Assembly: GCA_902790475.1 (NCBI GenBank)
Contig: CADASG010000004.1
Span: 4,373 to 68,372 of the forward strand
Direction of reading: 5' to 3'
Source: an uncultured Ruminococcus sp.
Lineage (GTDB): Bacteria; Bacillota; Clostridia; Oscillospirales; Acutalibacteraceae
Length of the DNA stretch: 64,000 nucleotides
The notes under the pieces were generated by a model. The model saw nothing but the letters and a program-made list of their open reading frames with translations, searched no databases and was not told where the DNA came from. The position numbers and the translations under genes are program-made. Of the stretch, positions 1-9,456 are shown piece after piece (within the stretch, counting starts at the first letter, position 1; every line of letters begins with the position of its first letter).

Positions 1-70
1 ATGAAAATACGATTTGCAAAAACAGGGCTGCGCTTCAAGCGCAGCCCTGCAAATATATCTAATCGTTTGA

Positions 71-3000
71 TCAGAAGCTGTCGATCATGCCTGCGACGAG
101 TTTTTGGATCATTGTTGCGTCGTCGATGGTAATTATTCCGTCGCCATAGGTGTCGGCGGCTTCTATCTGTTCGGGTGTGAAGTCGGTCAGATCAGCGAGA
201 TACTTCTGGATCTCCGTAGCGTCGTCGATAGTAACCTTTCCGTCGCCTGTTACATCACCGGGAATCGTGCTTTCGGTGACGGTCTCGGATGATTTTTCTG
301 CTGTAACGCCGCTGTAGCTCTTTGCCGAGTCTGTTACGGTGACCTTGATCTCTTTTTGCTGCCGTTTTCCGCTGATCGTGAAGGTGTCTGCAAATTCGTC
401 ACCTTCGCTGATATAAACGGGAACTATGCTGACGTCCGTGAGTCCCTCGATTTTAACTGTATCGGTATTTACGGTATCGGGGATCATGAATTTGCTGAAC
501 TTCAAGGTGTAATTACCGGTTTTCTCGTCCTTTGTTACGGAAGCGGTCGGGTGTGTGGTTTTGTCAACCAGATTGAAATCAAGTCCTAACTTTTCGGGCG
601 GGATCTCAAACACCTCGGAGGTTTGGGGTTCATAGCCGTCCTTTGAAACGGTCACCTTGAATTTGCCTTCGTCGGTAAACCATGCGTAAGCGCCCTCATC
701 GTTTGTCAGCAGGGGGTTCTGCTGCTCAAAGTCAGCGGCGTTCCATTCCTGCCATTCGCCCGTATCTTCGTTGAGCTTGTAGATAATAGCGGTTGCGCCT
801 TCAACGGGATTGCCCTTGACTGCCTCGTACACATTTCCGGACGGGTCGATAGCGTTGCGCTGTTTACCGTCTTTTTCGGGATTGTGATTGTACATATCGG
901 CGTCGCCCGGGAGGATCGGAAGTCCGTCGGGTCCGAGGCGAACGCCGCCGTGTGTGAAGCTGAAGAAGTTGTCGTTTTCATTGCCCCACTGCCACAAGGT
1001 ATGCAGACCGCCTGTTACAGCTTCGCTCGCCGCGTCAGTCCAATCTCCCTTTACGATATCAATAAGAATATTGATCACGGTGTCTCTGCCTGTCTCGTGA
1101 TAATCACCGAGATCGCCGTGGGGCTTGCCGTCGGCGTCATAATAGAATACTTCTTCATCGCCGTACGGCTTCGGTGGATCTCCGACAGGAGAGTTTTCCT
1201 TGTTGCTCTTGTTGCCGTAGTAGTGTGAACGGTAGGTATCCTTGCGTTCGCCGGTCATATAGAACAGGTTAAACGCTCCGGGTACATAGCTCTGTCCGGG
1301 AACGAGCTCGTGATCGGAAATATTAAAGTATCCTTCGCCTATCCACATATCGCTTCCTTCGTCGTAGAAGAGCTCCATAAATCTCCATTCGCTGCCCTTA
1401 TGGCTCATCAGAACGATGTTGGAGATATTTTCGTCATTTTCAAAGCGGAACTTAAATTGAAGCATTTCCGCAGGGTTGATCATTACAACAGGGCTTGTGC
1501 CTTTTGTGAAAATGCCCGTGATGTCATATGTGTTTGCCTGATTTTGGTGTGAAAGGTTGGTAGTGAAAGGAGCAAGGAATTTTTTGATATTCACGGTCTC
1601 GATCGCTTCAACGACCTTTAAAGCGCCGGGTGTGTAGATAAAGGTTACAACGTCGCTTCTTGCGCCGCTGCATTCGGCGTAAACCTCAAACTTGTCGCCC
1701 TTAGAAGCGTTTTTGCCGTCGGGAAGGATGTTCAGCTCTTCGGAGATATATTTGCCGGTGTACTTGTTCGGACTAACGGTATAGCTTACTGCGTCTCCCT
1801 TTGAGCCATCCTTGTTCAAACGAGTGATATAAACGGTCACATCCTTATCGGGGGACGCGCTGTAACCCGAAACAGTGATCTTTTTCTCCGTCACCTTGGA
1901 AGGAGCGAAAAGCGAGAGCTTCGCGGTGGAGAACTGAACCTCGCCAAGCGGCTTTCTGAAATATGTGCCGTTGTGATGGAACTCGACCTCGGCGCCGAAA
2001 TTGCTGATCGAGTCGTTTGTATTGTTGAGGTACGCGGAAAAACGCAGCTCGCCTGTGGGCTTTCCTCCGGTCAGATCGAAGTTCTTGTAGTCGCCCGTGT
2101 ATTCTGCGTTATTAAAGTTAAAGCCCTCCGCGGAAAACGAGTTGTTCACGATGTCAAGATTGTTTGGGATGCTCAGATAAAGACGGTTCATCTGAATTTC
2201 ATCGTTTTTCCAATCGTCGCGGATATCATATTTCACAGTGAAGTGAACGAGGGTATGATCCGTGCCGATGTTGCCTGTAGACTCAATGCCTGTGTTGGCA
2301 GGATTGAAAACGTAAAAGCGTGCGTCGGTGAATTTGGGACAATCCTTAAAGGTCGTATTATTGAATTCAACGTCCTTCGCCGAGGTTTTCAGCGTGGTCA
2401 GATTTGCACATCTTTCAAAAGCGTAATCGCCGATGCTTTCGAGAGAGTCGGAGCATTCGACAGTTGTCAGCTTTTTACAATCCTTGAAGGTCGAGTTCGG
2501 GATATAACGGATCGACTGAGGAAGCTTTTGGTAAGAAAGACCGGAATTCTCAAAGACGCTTGGTTCCATGTCTCTTACCGTTTCGGGGATAACTACGTTC
2601 TGCAGCACGTCGCAGCCGTAGAAGCACCACTGCGGCAGTTTTCTGACGCCGGCTCCTATCTTGACTGCGTAAAGATTGTTGCACTCCTCGAAAGCGCTGC
2701 TTCCGATCGTTTTTACGTTGTCCGGAATCACGATGGATTGAATATTACTATCTCTGAAACAGGATTTGCCTATATTTATAACAGTATCGGGGATAGTCAC
2801 TTTTGTGAGCTTTCCGGCTCCTCTCAACAGGCTGTCGGTAAGAGTTCCAATGCCGTTGCTGAAAGTAACGTCTGTGATGTTGGAGCCCGCTAAGGGCGAG
2901 TTTGTTGACGACAGGGTTTTGGGGATATAAATCGAAGTAAGCGCGCTTCCCTCGAAAAGATTGTTACCCAAAGTCTGGAGTCCTTCGCGGAAGGTACACT

Positions 3001-4384
3001 CGCTGAGAGAAGTGGTGTTATAAAAAGCGTGCTGATCGATCAACTTTACGCTTTTGGGAACGTCGATTTTTGTGATCGCGGAGCAGTCTTCAAATGCGTT
3101 GGACTCAATCGTTTTCAGATTGGATGGCAGGCTGACCTCGGTAAGGCTTTTACAATATTTGAACGCACGCTCGGAAAGAACGGTAACGCCCTCGGGGATC
3201 ACGACGCTTTCGACCGCAGTGTTCTGGAACAAGCCGCGCACGATAGTATCGGCGTTCTCGGATAAGTTGATTTTCTTGAGCCTTGTGCATTCATTAAAGG
3301 GAGAGTCGCCGCTCTTGACGGAGGCAGGCAGCGTCACTTCTGTGAGCGCGGTTTTCGCGAAGGAGTAGCTGCCGATGTTGACAAGCCCCTCGTTGAAGGT
3401 GGCGCTTGAAAGCCTTGTGCAGCCGGAAAAGGCGTCGTTGCCGATAGAGGTCACGTTAGAGGGAATAGTGATTTCCGTCAGTCTTGGGCAGTTTGTAAAG
3501 GCGCAGTAGGGGATAGCAGTCACGCCTTTTCCGATCGTCGCGCTTGAGAGGTTTGGACACTCGAACAGTACATAATCACCCATTTCGGTTACGCTGTCGG
3601 GAATCACGATTGACTCCAGCGCGCCCATCTGGGCAAGAGAATCCCTGCCGAGCTTGGTAACGGTGTCGGGGATAGTCAGCTCGCGAATGGAGTTGTTATC
3701 CTCAAACATATCGTTGGGGATAGCAGTGATGCCGTCGGCAAAGGTCACGGTTTCAAGCAGGTTAGCTTCGGCAAAAGCCTCGTTAGCCATGGTAACGGTT
3801 GACGGAATGTAGATTTCCGAAACAGGCGTGCCTGCCAAAAAACGGTTTCCCATAGTTTCAAGACCTTCATGCAGTGTGATATCTGTGAGAATCGGGCAGT
3901 TTCTAAAGGCTCTGTCATCGATCGTTTTCAAAGTTGACGGGATATCAACTGACTGCAGGGCTCTGCAGTTTTGAAAAGCGTCCTTGCCGATTGCGGTAAC
4001 GGTTGCGGAAAAGTTGACGTTTTCAAGCAGGTCGCAGCCCGAGAATGCTTCATCTCCGATCGTTGTGATGCCCTCGGAGAAGGTCACGCTCTCGATGTTG
4101 TCGTTGTTTTCAAATGCTTTGGAGCCGATTTCCGTAACACTGACGCCCGAAAGCGTTCCGGGGATGGTCACCTGCGACTGTGTTCCGCTGAAACTTGTGA
4201 TCCTCGCGGTGCCGTTGCCGAGAACCTCGTAGGTGTAGTCTCCGTCTGTGCGGACTTCCGCAGCGGAAGCTGCACCAAAGACATTTCCGATGATGACCAT
4301 ACTGAGAAGAATGGTCATTGCAAGCGTTACCGATATGGTTTTTTTCAGTAAGCTTTTTGCAGAGTAATGTTGTCGGTTTACCAT
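71..4384 (-). CDS. Large secreted BspA-type leucine-rich-repeat protein with carboxypeptidase-regulatory-like/Ig-like domains and C-terminal dockerin
   Basis: Signal peptide; about 25 LRR_5 repeats (xIPxSVxxIGxxAFxxC); IDPSGNVYEAV...GATAIIY module; terminal dockerin GDVTGDGKVTIDDATEIQKYLA...ADTYGDGIITIDDAT. ATG at 4384 follows AGGAGG (ORF track starts at TTG 4390). Confidence 0.85.
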   Translation of the reverse strand: MVNRQHYSAKSLLKKTISVTLAMTILLSMVIIGNVFGAASAAEVRTDGDYTYEVLGNGTARITSFSGTQSQVTIPGTLSGVSVTEIGSKAFENNDNIESVTFSEGITTIGDEAFSGCDLLENVNFSATVTAIGKDAFQNCRALQSVDIPSTLKTIDDRAFRNCPILTDITLHEGLETMGNRFLAGTPVSEIYIPSTVTMANEAFAEANLLETVTFADGITAIPNDMFEDNNSIRELTIPDTVTKLGRDSLAQMGALESIVIPDSVTEMGDYVLFECPNLSSATIGKGVTAIPYCAFTNCPRLTEITIPSNVTSIGNDAFSGCTRLSSATFNEGLVNIGSYSFAKTALTEVTLPASVKSGDSPFNECTRLKKINLSENADTIVRGLFQNTAVESVVIPEGVTVLSERAFKYCKSLTEVSLPSNLKTIESNAFEDCSAITKIDVPKSVKLIDQHAFYNTTSLSECTFREGLQTLGNNLFEGSALTSIYIPKTLSSTNSPLAGSNITDVTFSNGIGTLTDSLLRGAGKLTKVTIPDTVINIGKSCFRDSNIQSIVIPDNVKTIGSSAFEECNNLYAVKIGAGVRKLPQWCFYGCDVLQNVVIPETVRDMEPSVFENSGLSYQKLPQSIRYIPNSTFKDCKKLTTVECSDSLESIGDYAFERCANLTTLKTSAKDVEFNNTTFKDCPKFTDARFYVFNPANTGIESTGNIGTDHTLVHFTVKYDIRDDWKNDEIQMNRLYLSIPNNLDIVNNSFSAEGFNFNNAEYTGDYKNFDLTGGKPTGELRFSAYLNNTNDSISNFGAEVEFHHNGTYFRKPLGEVQFSTAKLSLFAPSKVTEKKITVSGYSASPDKDVTVYITRLNKDGSKGDAVSYTVSPNKYTGKYISEELNILPDGKNASKGDKFEVYAECSGARSDVVTFIYTPGALKVVEAIETVNIKKFLAPFTTNLSHQNQANTYDITGIFTKGTSPVVMINPAEMLQFKFRFENDENISNIVLMSHKGSEWRFMELFYDEGSDMWIGEGYFNISDHELVPGQSYVPGAFNLFYMTGERKDTYRSHYYGNKSNKENSPVGDPPKPYGDEEVFYYDADGKPHGDLGDYHETGRDTVINILIDIVKGDWTDAASEAVTGGLHTLWQWGNENDNFFSFTHGGVRLGPDGLPILPGDADMYNHNPEKDGKQRNAIDPSGNVYEAVKGNPVEGATAIIYKLNEDTGEWQEWNAADFEQQNPLLTNDEGAYAWFTDEGKFKVTVSKDGYEPQTSEVFEIPPEKLGLDFNLVDKTTHPTASVTKDEKTGNYTLKFSKFMIPDTVNTDTVKIEGLTDVSIVPVYISEGDEFADTFTISGKRQQKEIKVTVTDSAKSYSGVTAEKSSETVTESTIPGDVTGDGKVTIDDATEIQKYLADLTDFTPEQIEAADTYGDGIITIDDATMIQKLVAGMIDSF

Positions 4385-4553
4385 TTTCAATCCTCCTAAA
4401 AAAAATAATAATGTTTGCTAAAAACAAATGAACGTTCAGCAAATTTTTGGACAATTATATTTTAACATATCTATGTGATTTTTGCAATAATATTTATACA
4501 TAAAATGTAAAATGATTTAGCATGGTAAAACGATAAACCGGCTTGAACCACAA

Positions 4554-4599
4554 TTATGCGGTATTGCCTTTACTTTTATGCGGTATTGCCTTTACTTTT
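4554..4599 (+). repeat. Perfect tandem duplication of a 22-bp unit containing the right end of the MITE-like element
   Basis: TTATGCGGTATTGCCTTTACTT at 4554-4575 and 4576-4597; the core matches 58839-58853. Confidence 0.9.
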
Positions 4600-4619
4600 G
4601 CGCAGATGTTTGCTATAAT
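4591..4619 (+). promoter_or_regulatory. Putative sigma-A promoter of prfB
   Basis: TTTACT-17 bp-TATAAT. Confidence 0.55.
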
Positions 4620-4650
4620 AAATAGGAATTGAGAAGAAAGGTAAGTGCAT

Positions 4651-5769
4651 ATGATACAGTTTGAAGAATTAATGCTTTCCTTGCAGGCACTTAAGCCTGA
4701 GATAGACGATCTGTCCGACGCGCTGGGCATGAAGGCTATGAAATCCGAAATAGAGCAGCTTGAGCTGAAGGCTACGGAGCCGGGTTTTTGGGACGATGTT
4801 GAAAAATCTCAGCAGGTCCTGCAAAAAACAGGAGCGCTCAAAGGCAAGGTCGAGGCGTATGACAATCTTGTGTCAAAGTATGAGGATACACAGGCGCTGA
4901 TCGAGCTTGCCAACGAGGAAGAGGATCTTTCCCTTCTTGATGAAGCTCAAAGCGAGGTTGAAGCCGTAAAGGAAAACCTTGCCAAGCAGCGTCTCCAAAC
5001 ACTGCTCACCGGCGAGTATGATAAAAACAACGCTATTCTGACTTTCCATGCAGGTTCGGGCGGTACCGAGGCGCAGGACTGGGCTGAGATGCTCTACCGT
5101 ATGTATACGCGCTGGGCGGAGGCTCACGATTTTAAGGTCAAAGAGGTCGATTACCTTGACGGCGATGAGGCAGGTCTGAAAAGCGCAGTGTTACTGGTCG
5201 AGGGCGAAAACGCCTACGGTTATCTGAAAAGCGAGGCAGGCGTTCACCGTTTGGTGCGCGTTTCACCGTTTGATTCCGCAGGCAGAAGACACACGAGCTT
5301 TTCCTCTCTGGAGGTCATGCCCGAGATCGACGATAAGGTTGAGATCAATATCGCCCCGGAGGATATCAAAATGGATGTTTACCGCGCCAGCGGAGCGGGC
5401 GGTCAGAAGGTAAACAAAACCTCATCAGCGGTACGCCTTACACATATACCCACAGGCATCGTCGTGGCAAGCCAGGTCGAGCGAAGCCAGTACCAAAACC
5501 GTGACGTCGCAATGAAAATGCTGATTTCAAAGCTGGTTGAGATCAAGGAGCGCGAGCATCTTGAAAAAATAGAGGACATTAAGGGTGTGCAAAAGGAGAT
5601 CACATGGGGCTCGCAGATACGCAGTTATGTTTTCATGCCCTACACCATGGTCAAGGATCACCGCACAGGCTATGAAACAGGCAATGTCCAGGCTGTTATG
5701 GACGGCGACCTCGACGGCTTTATCAACGAATATCTCAAGTGCGCCGGACAGGGCACGCTGCAAAAATAA
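4651..5769 (+). CDS. prfB: Peptide chain release factor 2 (no internal frameshift)
   Basis: SPF anticodon-mimic (RVSPFDS) and GGQ (GAGGQ) motifs; single continuous ORF. Confidence 0.97.
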   Translation: MIQFEELMLSLQALKPEIDDLSDALGMKAMKSEIEQLELKATEPGFWDDVEKSQQVLQKTGALKGKVEAYDNLVSKYEDTQALIELANEEEDLSLLDEAQSEVEAVKENLAKQRLQTLLTGEYDKNNAILTFHAGSGGTEAQDWAEMLYRMYTRWAEAHDFKVKEVDYLDGDEAGLKSAVLLVEGENAYGYLKSEAGVHRLVRVSPFDSAGRRHTSFSSLEVMPEIDDKVEINIAPEDIKMDVYRASGAGGQKVNKTSSAVRLTHIPTGIVVASQVERSQYQNRDVAMKMLISKLVEIKEREHLEKIEDIKGVQKEITWGSQIRSYVFMPYTMVKDHRTGYETGNVQAVMDGDLDGFINEYLKCAGQGTLQK

Positions 5770-5799
5770 GATATTTTCATTTGAAAGGAAGTTTTTATC

Positions 5800-6405
5800 A
5801 TGTTTATCACTTGTCTTGACTTAGAGGGAGTATTGGTTCCCGAGATTTGGATCGCTTTTGCGAACGCCACCGGCATTGAGGCTCTGAAAAAGACAACGCG
5901 CGACGAACCCGATTACGATAAGCTTATGAAATATCGTCTTGACATACTGGATAAGCACGGTCTGGGCTTGAAGGAGATTCAGGATGTGATCGCGACTATC
6001 GACCCCATGCCCGGAGCAAAGGAGTTTTTGGATGAGCTTCGTTCCTTCTGTCAGGTGATCATCATCAGCGACACCTTTACCCAGTTTGCCGCACCTCTTA
6101 TGAAAAAACTCGGCTGGCCCACCATTTTCTGCAATTCGCTGGTTATCGGCGAGAACGGCAAGGTGGTTGATTTTAAAATGAGATGTGAAAAATCCAAGTA
6201 TACCACTGTAAAAGCGCTGCAGTCCATCGGTTATGAAACGATCGCATCGGGCGACAGCTATAATGATCTCGGTATGATAAAGGCGAGCAAGGCGGGATTT
6301 TTGTTTAAAAGCCCCGAATCCATCAAGAAGGATAACCCCGAGATCCCCGCGTTTGAAACATATGACGAGCTGCTGAACGCGATCAAAGCGGTCGTATGTG
6401 AATAA
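5800..6405 (+). CDS. thrH: Phosphoserine phosphatase / homoserine phosphotransferase (HAD)
   Basis: CLDLEGVLVPEIW N-terminus, ISDTF and GDSYND motifs typical of ThrH. Confidence 0.92.
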   Translation: MFITCLDLEGVLVPEIWIAFANATGIEALKKTTRDEPDYDKLMKYRLDILDKHGLGLKEIQDVIATIDPMPGAKEFLDELRSFCQVIIISDTFTQFAAPLMKKLGWPTIFCNSLVIGENGKVVDFKMRCEKSKYTTVKALQSIGYETIASGDSYNDLGMIKASKAGFLFKSPESIKKDNPEIPAFETYDELLNAIKAVVCE

Positions 6406-6422
6406 ATAGTTCCATAAATCCG

Positions 6423-6448
6423 AGAGCCGAGTTTGTTCGGCTCTTTTT
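6423..6448 (+). terminator. Intrinsic terminator after thrH
   Basis: AGAGCCGA/TCGGCTCT stem followed by a T run. Confidence 0.7.
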
Positions 6449-6526
6449 CATAGGGATTACAAAAATATACCGATAATTCTAATATCTTAATTCAAAATCC
6501 GTTTTTTGTGCTATACTTATTTCTAC

Positions 6527-6623
6527 GGCAACACCGCACAATTCAAGGCGCACGGCTTGCTTGAATCTTATTCCGTCAGCTTGCCCAAAAAATCTCGGCA
6601 AGGCGACAGCCTTACCTCAATTT
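6527..6623 (+). mobile_element. Right-truncated copy of the 126-bp MITE-like element
   Basis: 97 bp identical by eye to 58728-58824; lacks the right TIR. Confidence 0.85.
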
Positions 6624-6635
6624 ATTGTAGATAAA

Positions 6636-7685
6636 ATGTCGATCAAAATAAATCTGGGCGCGTGGCAGTCTGTCTTTGCCGTTCCCTCCAAGATAGTTGA
6701 CGAGGGGCTGAAATTCTCCGACGGTGTAAAGCTAAAGGTGCTGCTCTATTTACTGCGCAATGCCGATAAGGAACCGGAGCTGCAAGCCGTGTCCGAAGCA
6801 ACGGGAGTCAATATTACGGATATCCCCGAAGCAATGGAATATTGGGTATCCATGGGTGTTCTCGCAAAATCGGGCGATTGCTATGAACCCACAGCAGATA
6901 ATTCCAATAAAGAATTAATATCAAGCGATAATTCCGATAAAGAAAATAAAACGTCGGAAAACTCAGCCGAAAAAAAGGAACCCCCAACACCCGAGAGCAT
7001 CGCACGGGAGGTCGGAGAAGTAAAGAAACGATTTGTTGTCACCAAGCCGCAAAAGCCGGATTATGTTTTCACCGCGCAGCGGCTTGCCGTAGACGAGGAG
7101 CTGAAAATCCTTGTTCAGGAGGCTCAGGCGGCTTTAGGAAAAACCCTGTCCAATTCCGATATCTCCACGTTATTAATGCTAAAGGATACCTGCGGACTGC
7201 CTTTGGACGTTATTCTCATGCTGATCCAGTATTGCATAAGCATCGACAAAGGCAATATGCGCACGATCGATAAGATCGGCATATCGTGGGCTGACGAGGG
7301 CATAGATTCAGTTGAAGCGGCTGAGGACAAGATACGCCGCGCCGATCAGGCAAGCAAAAGCTTTTCGATCGTTTCATCTGCCTTCGGTTTGAAGAACGCA
7401 GGCTCACCCACAAAAAAACAGCTTGAATACAGCGGTAAGTGGGTAGGGGAGTGGAAGTTTTCAAATCCCATGCTTCGTGAAGCGTACGAGCGGTGCGTGG
7501 ATAAGCACAGCACGATCAGATGGAACTATATTGACGGTATTTTAAAGCGCTGGAACGCGATGGGGATCCGCAATCTTGAAGAATTGAAAAGCGCCGAGAG
7601 CAGTAAGACCCCTCCGAAAAAGGAAGGCGCATCATATGATATCGACGAGCTTGACAAGATAAACACACTGGATTTTATCAAATGA
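6636..7685 (+). CDS. DnaD/DnaB-domain replication protein
   Basis: MSIKINLGAWQSVFAVP start, N-terminal winged helix and two DnaD-like repeats (YIDGILKRW). The ORF-track extension from 6561 is MITE sequence. Confidence 0.85.
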   Translation: MSIKINLGAWQSVFAVPSKIVDEGLKFSDGVKLKVLLYLLRNADKEPELQAVSEATGVNITDIPEAMEYWVSMGVLAKSGDCYEPTADNSNKELISSDNSDKENKTSENSAEKKEPPTPESIAREVGEVKKRFVVTKPQKPDYVFTAQRLAVDEELKILVQEAQAALGKTLSNSDISTLLMLKDTCGLPLDVILMLIQYCISIDKGNMRTIDKIGISWADEGIDSVEAAEDKIRRADQASKSFSIVSSAFGLKNAGSPTKKQLEYSGKWVGEWKFSNPMLREAYERCVDKHSTIRWNYIDGILKRWNAMGIRNLEELKSAESSKTPPKKEGASYDIDELDKINTLDFIK

Positions 7686-7695
7686 GGAACAGATA

Positions 7696-8682
7696 ATGGG
7701 ATTTAACAGCACAATACAAAAACGCGCTGCGGACGTACTTTTTCAGCGTCGCCTGCTTGCGGAAAAACGCGCCGACGCCGTGAAACGGGAAGTGTTTGAA
7801 AAGTATCCGCGCGCCCGGGAGTTGGATCGCGGGATATCGGACAGCGGCGTTGCTGCGGCAAGAGCAGTGTTAAAGGGCGGCGACGTGGTTGAGGAGATGA
7901 AAAAACTCCGCGACAGCAATCTTTCAATGCAGGCTGAGCTGAAAAAGCTGCTCACCGATAACGGCTATCCCGCAGACGCGTTTGAGCCGCATTATCAGTG
8001 CAAAAGGTGCGGAGACACGGGCTATTATGAGGAGCAGGGGAGAACGGTGGTTTGTACCTGCCTGCGGCAGACGCTGGTTCAGGAGGCGTGCGCAGAGCTT
8101 AACCGCACCGCACCGCTTGCGCTGTCAACCTTTGAAAGCTTCCGCCTTGATTATTACGATAAGCAGCCCGACCCGGGGCTGCGGCTTTCACCTTATGAGC
8201 TGATGGATAAAATCTTCAAGTTTTGTAAGGGATATGCCCAAAGCTTTACGCCTACATCTGAGAGTATTCTTATGAAGGGCGGTACAGGACTGGGCAAAAC
8301 ACACCTTTCTCTGGCGATCGCGAATGAGGTGATCCGCCGAGGCTACGGTGTTATGTATGTTTCCGCTCCGGCGATAGCGCAGCAGCTTGAAAAGCAGTAT
8401 TTTTCCCGTTCCCAAACGGATGAATCTCTTGCGGATATGCTGACCGACTGCGACCTGCTGATTATTGATGATTTGGGCACTGAGTTCCGCACACAATTCA
8501 CAGTGTCGCAGTTTTACAATATCTTCAACGCCCGTATGCTCCGTCACAAGCCGGTTATAATCAATACCAACCTGAATCTGCGTGAATTGGAGCAGGCATA
8601 TTCCGAGCGTTTTGTGTCGCGAATCATCGGAGGCTCCACCAAGCTTGACTTTATCGGCAAGGATATCAGAGTCAGAAAATAA
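7696..8682 (+). CDS. DnaC/DnaI-like helicase loader ATPase
   Basis: Zn motif CKRCGDTG...CTC, Walker A GGTGLGKTHL, LLIIDDLGTE, IINTNL, RFVSRI; directly follows the DnaD-domain gene. Confidence 0.88.
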   Translation: MGFNSTIQKRAADVLFQRRLLAEKRADAVKREVFEKYPRARELDRGISDSGVAAARAVLKGGDVVEEMKKLRDSNLSMQAELKKLLTDNGYPADAFEPHYQCKRCGDTGYYEEQGRTVVCTCLRQTLVQEACAELNRTAPLALSTFESFRLDYYDKQPDPGLRLSPYELMDKIFKFCKGYAQSFTPTSESILMKGGTGLGKTHLSLAIANEVIRRGYGVMYVSAPAIAQQLEKQYFSRSQTDESLADMLTDCDLLIIDDLGTEFRTQFTVSQFYNIFNARMLRHKPVIINTNLNLRELEQAYSERFVSRIIGGSTKLDFIGKDIRVRK

Positions 8683-8710
8683 GTTTTTTTAAGAACTTTA
8701 AAAAAAGCTA

Positions 8711-8739
8711 TTGACAATTTGGGATTCATGCATTATAAT
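8711..8739 (+). promoter_or_regulatory. Consensus sigma-A promoter for the tRNA genes
   Basis: TTGACA-17 bp-TATAAT. Confidence 0.9.
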
Positions 8740-8770
8740 AATGATGTTGCGGACGAGAAGCAACGAATTA

Positions 8771-8844
8771 TGTGGAATAGTGTAACGGTAGCACGACAGA
8801 CTCTGACTCTGTTTGTTGGGGTTCGAATCCCTATTCCACAGCCA
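8771..8844 (+). tRNA. tRNA-Gln(CTG)
   Basis: Acceptor TGTGGAA/TTCCACA, anticodon arm ACAGA-CT-CTG-AC-TCTGT, GTTCGAATC T-loop, encoded CCA. Confidence 0.95.
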
Positions 8845-8845
8845 T

Positions 8846-8875
8846 CAGCCTCGATTAAATCGAGGCTGTTTTATT
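8846..8875 (+). terminator. Terminator-like hairpin between the two tRNAs
   Basis: CAGCCTCGAT/ATCGAGGCTG stem followed by TTTTATT. Confidence 0.65.
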
Positions 8876-8876
8876 A

Positions 8877-8953
8877 CGAGGTGTAGCGCAGTTTGGTAGC
8901 GCACATCGTTCGGGACGATGGAGTCGCAAGTTCGAATCTTGTCACCTCGACCA
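8877..8953 (+). tRNA. tRNA-Pro(CGG)
   Basis: Acceptor CGAGGTG/CACCTCG, anticodon arm CATCG-TT-CGG-GA-CGATG, GTTCGAATC T-loop, CCA. Confidence 0.96.
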
Positions 8954-9075
8954 CTCTTAACACTCCCAAAAGCCAGTATTTATGCGGCTTTTGGGAGTTT
9001 TGCTTTTGTCTGGAAAACAAAAGTGTGTTATTGGTGTGTTACGACATTTTCATGCGGTCTTTTCCATTTTGTCTT

Positions 9076-9270
9076 TCACATTTTGTCTTTCAGCAATTTG
9101 GAAATCGTGTCACAACCGTGCGCTGTCGCTTCCTTGATCTCATGTGTGTACATACTGAGCGTCGTTGTTGGATTTGAATGTCCCACAATGCTTGATACCG
9201 TCGCAATATCGGTTCTCTCATGCACCGGATTGTTAACCGGCGCGTGTCGGCAAGGAGCCGGACGATCTTT
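9076..9270 (-). pseudogene. Tyrosine integrase C-terminal remnant
   Basis: Minus-strand frame 9222-9076 reads HERTDIATVSSIVGHSNPTTTLSMYTHEIKEATAHGCDTISKLLKDKM*, containing the GHS...Y catalytic box. A frameshifted S-L-R-H-like motif lies just upstream. Not in the ORF track. Confidence 0.8.
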
Positions 9271-9456
9271 TGTAATACGCCTGCGCTGTACCGCTCGGTT
9301 ACTAATTTCCTCAGTCCTCTGTTAACCGTAGAGAGCTTTTTATTCAAAGCGGGCTGGAGATAATAGATACTGTTTTGCCAAAATACATATGATGTGAAAT
9401 TCTCGACTTGTTTTTTATTTTTTTATATTTAAACAAAAATTTTTACTTTTTAAAGC

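Noticed and set aside
1973-2893. Long antisense ORFs (also 24040-24771, 38239-39291, 42949-43605, 19906-20559)
   Set aside because: They lie opposite well-supported genes, have no motifs, and are expected from codon bias at this GC.
4429-4438. TGAACGTTCA palindrome upstream of the LRR gene
   Set aside because: About 60 perfect 10-bp palindromes are expected by chance in 64 kb, and no second copy was seen.
9090-9347. 85-aa minus-strand ORF after tRNA-Pro
   Set aside because: Wrong frame; the meaningful signal is the integrase remnant in another frame.
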